From an uncultured Gammaproteobacteria bacterium (GTDB lineage Bacteria > Patescibacteriota > Patescibacteriia > Magasanikbacterales > UBA922): 64,000 nucleotides of DNA. The first letter of the stretch is position 1. The number at the start of each line of letters is the position of its first letter. Location: contig CAZTEU010000001.1 of assembly GCA_964612105.1 (NCBI GenBank), positions 147,437 to 211,436 on the forward strand, in the 5' to 3' direction. Positions 63,491 through 64,000 of this stretch are shown here, piece by piece. The position numbers and the translations under genes are program-made. The notes beneath the pieces were generated by a model that worked only from the letters and a program-made list of their open reading frames with translations, ran no database searches and was not told the DNA's origin.

Positions 63491-64000
63491 TTAGTAGTCA
63501 CTAAGTTTTTCTATAATGTCCATCGATTGTATTTTCTCCAATGCTTTTGCTTCAATCTGACGAATACGCTCACGTGTAACATCAAACTCACGCCCAACCT
63601 CTTCCAAAGTATGTGTAACCCCATCAGATAAACCAAAACGCATTTCCAATATCTTTTGTTCACGAGGTGAAAGGAATTGAATTGCATCCTGAATATAATC
63701 ACGAAGCAACTCCACACCTGCAGAGTGTGATGGGCTCTCATTCTTCACATCCTCAATAAAGTCAGCAAGAGCTGTATCGTCGTCATCGCCATCACCCACA
63801 GATGTCTCCAGTGAGATTGTATCCTGTGATATCTTAATAATATGTTTTACTTTGTGCAACTCCTCACCCATTTCTGCAGAAAGCTCTTCTGGAGTAGCGT
63901 GTCTACCTAAATCTTGTAGAAGCCTTCTAGAAATCTGCTGGAATCTGTTTATAGTCTCTACCATGTGTACAGGTATACGAATTGTTCTGGATTGATCTGC
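63491..64000 (-). CDS. rpoD: primary sigma factor RpoD (5' end outside window)
   Basis: ADQSRTIRIPVHMVETIN, ISLET, RFGL, HTLEEVG..FDVTRERIRQIEAKAL. Confidence 0.96.
   Translation of the reverse strand, partial: ADQSRTIRIPVHMVETINRFQQISRRLLQDLGRHATPEELSAEMGEELHKVKHIIKISQDTISLETSVGDGDDDDTALADFIEDVKNESPSHSAGVELLRDYIQDAIQFLSPREQKILEMRFGLSDGVTHTLEEVGREFDVTRERIRQIEAKALEKIQSMDIIEKLSDY

Noticed and set aside
188-63741. Many ORF-track entries antisense to or overlapping clear genes (e.g. 15793..16482, 38229..39065, 57833..58516, 6328..6846, 54648..55247)
   Set aside because: They are shadow frames of well-supported genes, with no motifs or independent signals.

Overview
AT-rich bacterial chromosome segment. 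Gene content points to Patescibacteria (CPR), probably Parcubacteria/ABY1; this is an inference from the short AlaRS, RpoA without a CTD, paired VirD4/HerA-like ATPases, a SWIB protein and SD-less leaders. Most of the window is housekeeping: pyrG, rplI, era, dnaX, tRNA-Gln, folD, dus, secA/D/F, hpf, murB, murJ, lepA, recJ, rnhA, the alpha operon, alaS, mnmA, pgi, ahpC, sod and rpoD. The main observation is a second class of genes scattered among these, in seven GC-rich units: two beta-carbonic-anhydrase-like genes, a lipoprotein, a duplicated Trp-rich domain protein, rpiB, a 70-aa protein, apt-hpt and a Cys-repeat lipoprotein. They use C/G-ending codons and strong Shine-Dalgarno sites, whereas the core genes checked have none. 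They sit behind native AT-rich sigma70 promoters and all end in the same 3' signature, an orphan AGGAG/GGAGG motif followed by a strong hairpin. One hypothesis is that these mRNAs are formatted for translation by a different (host) ribosome. The window also holds two adjacent large structured ncRNA candidates (29.5-30.2 kb), a switch-like leader upstream of mnmA, a SecD with inserted parvulin PPIase domains and a possible remote DGR target. No CRISPR array, transposase, integrase or reverse transcriptase was seen.
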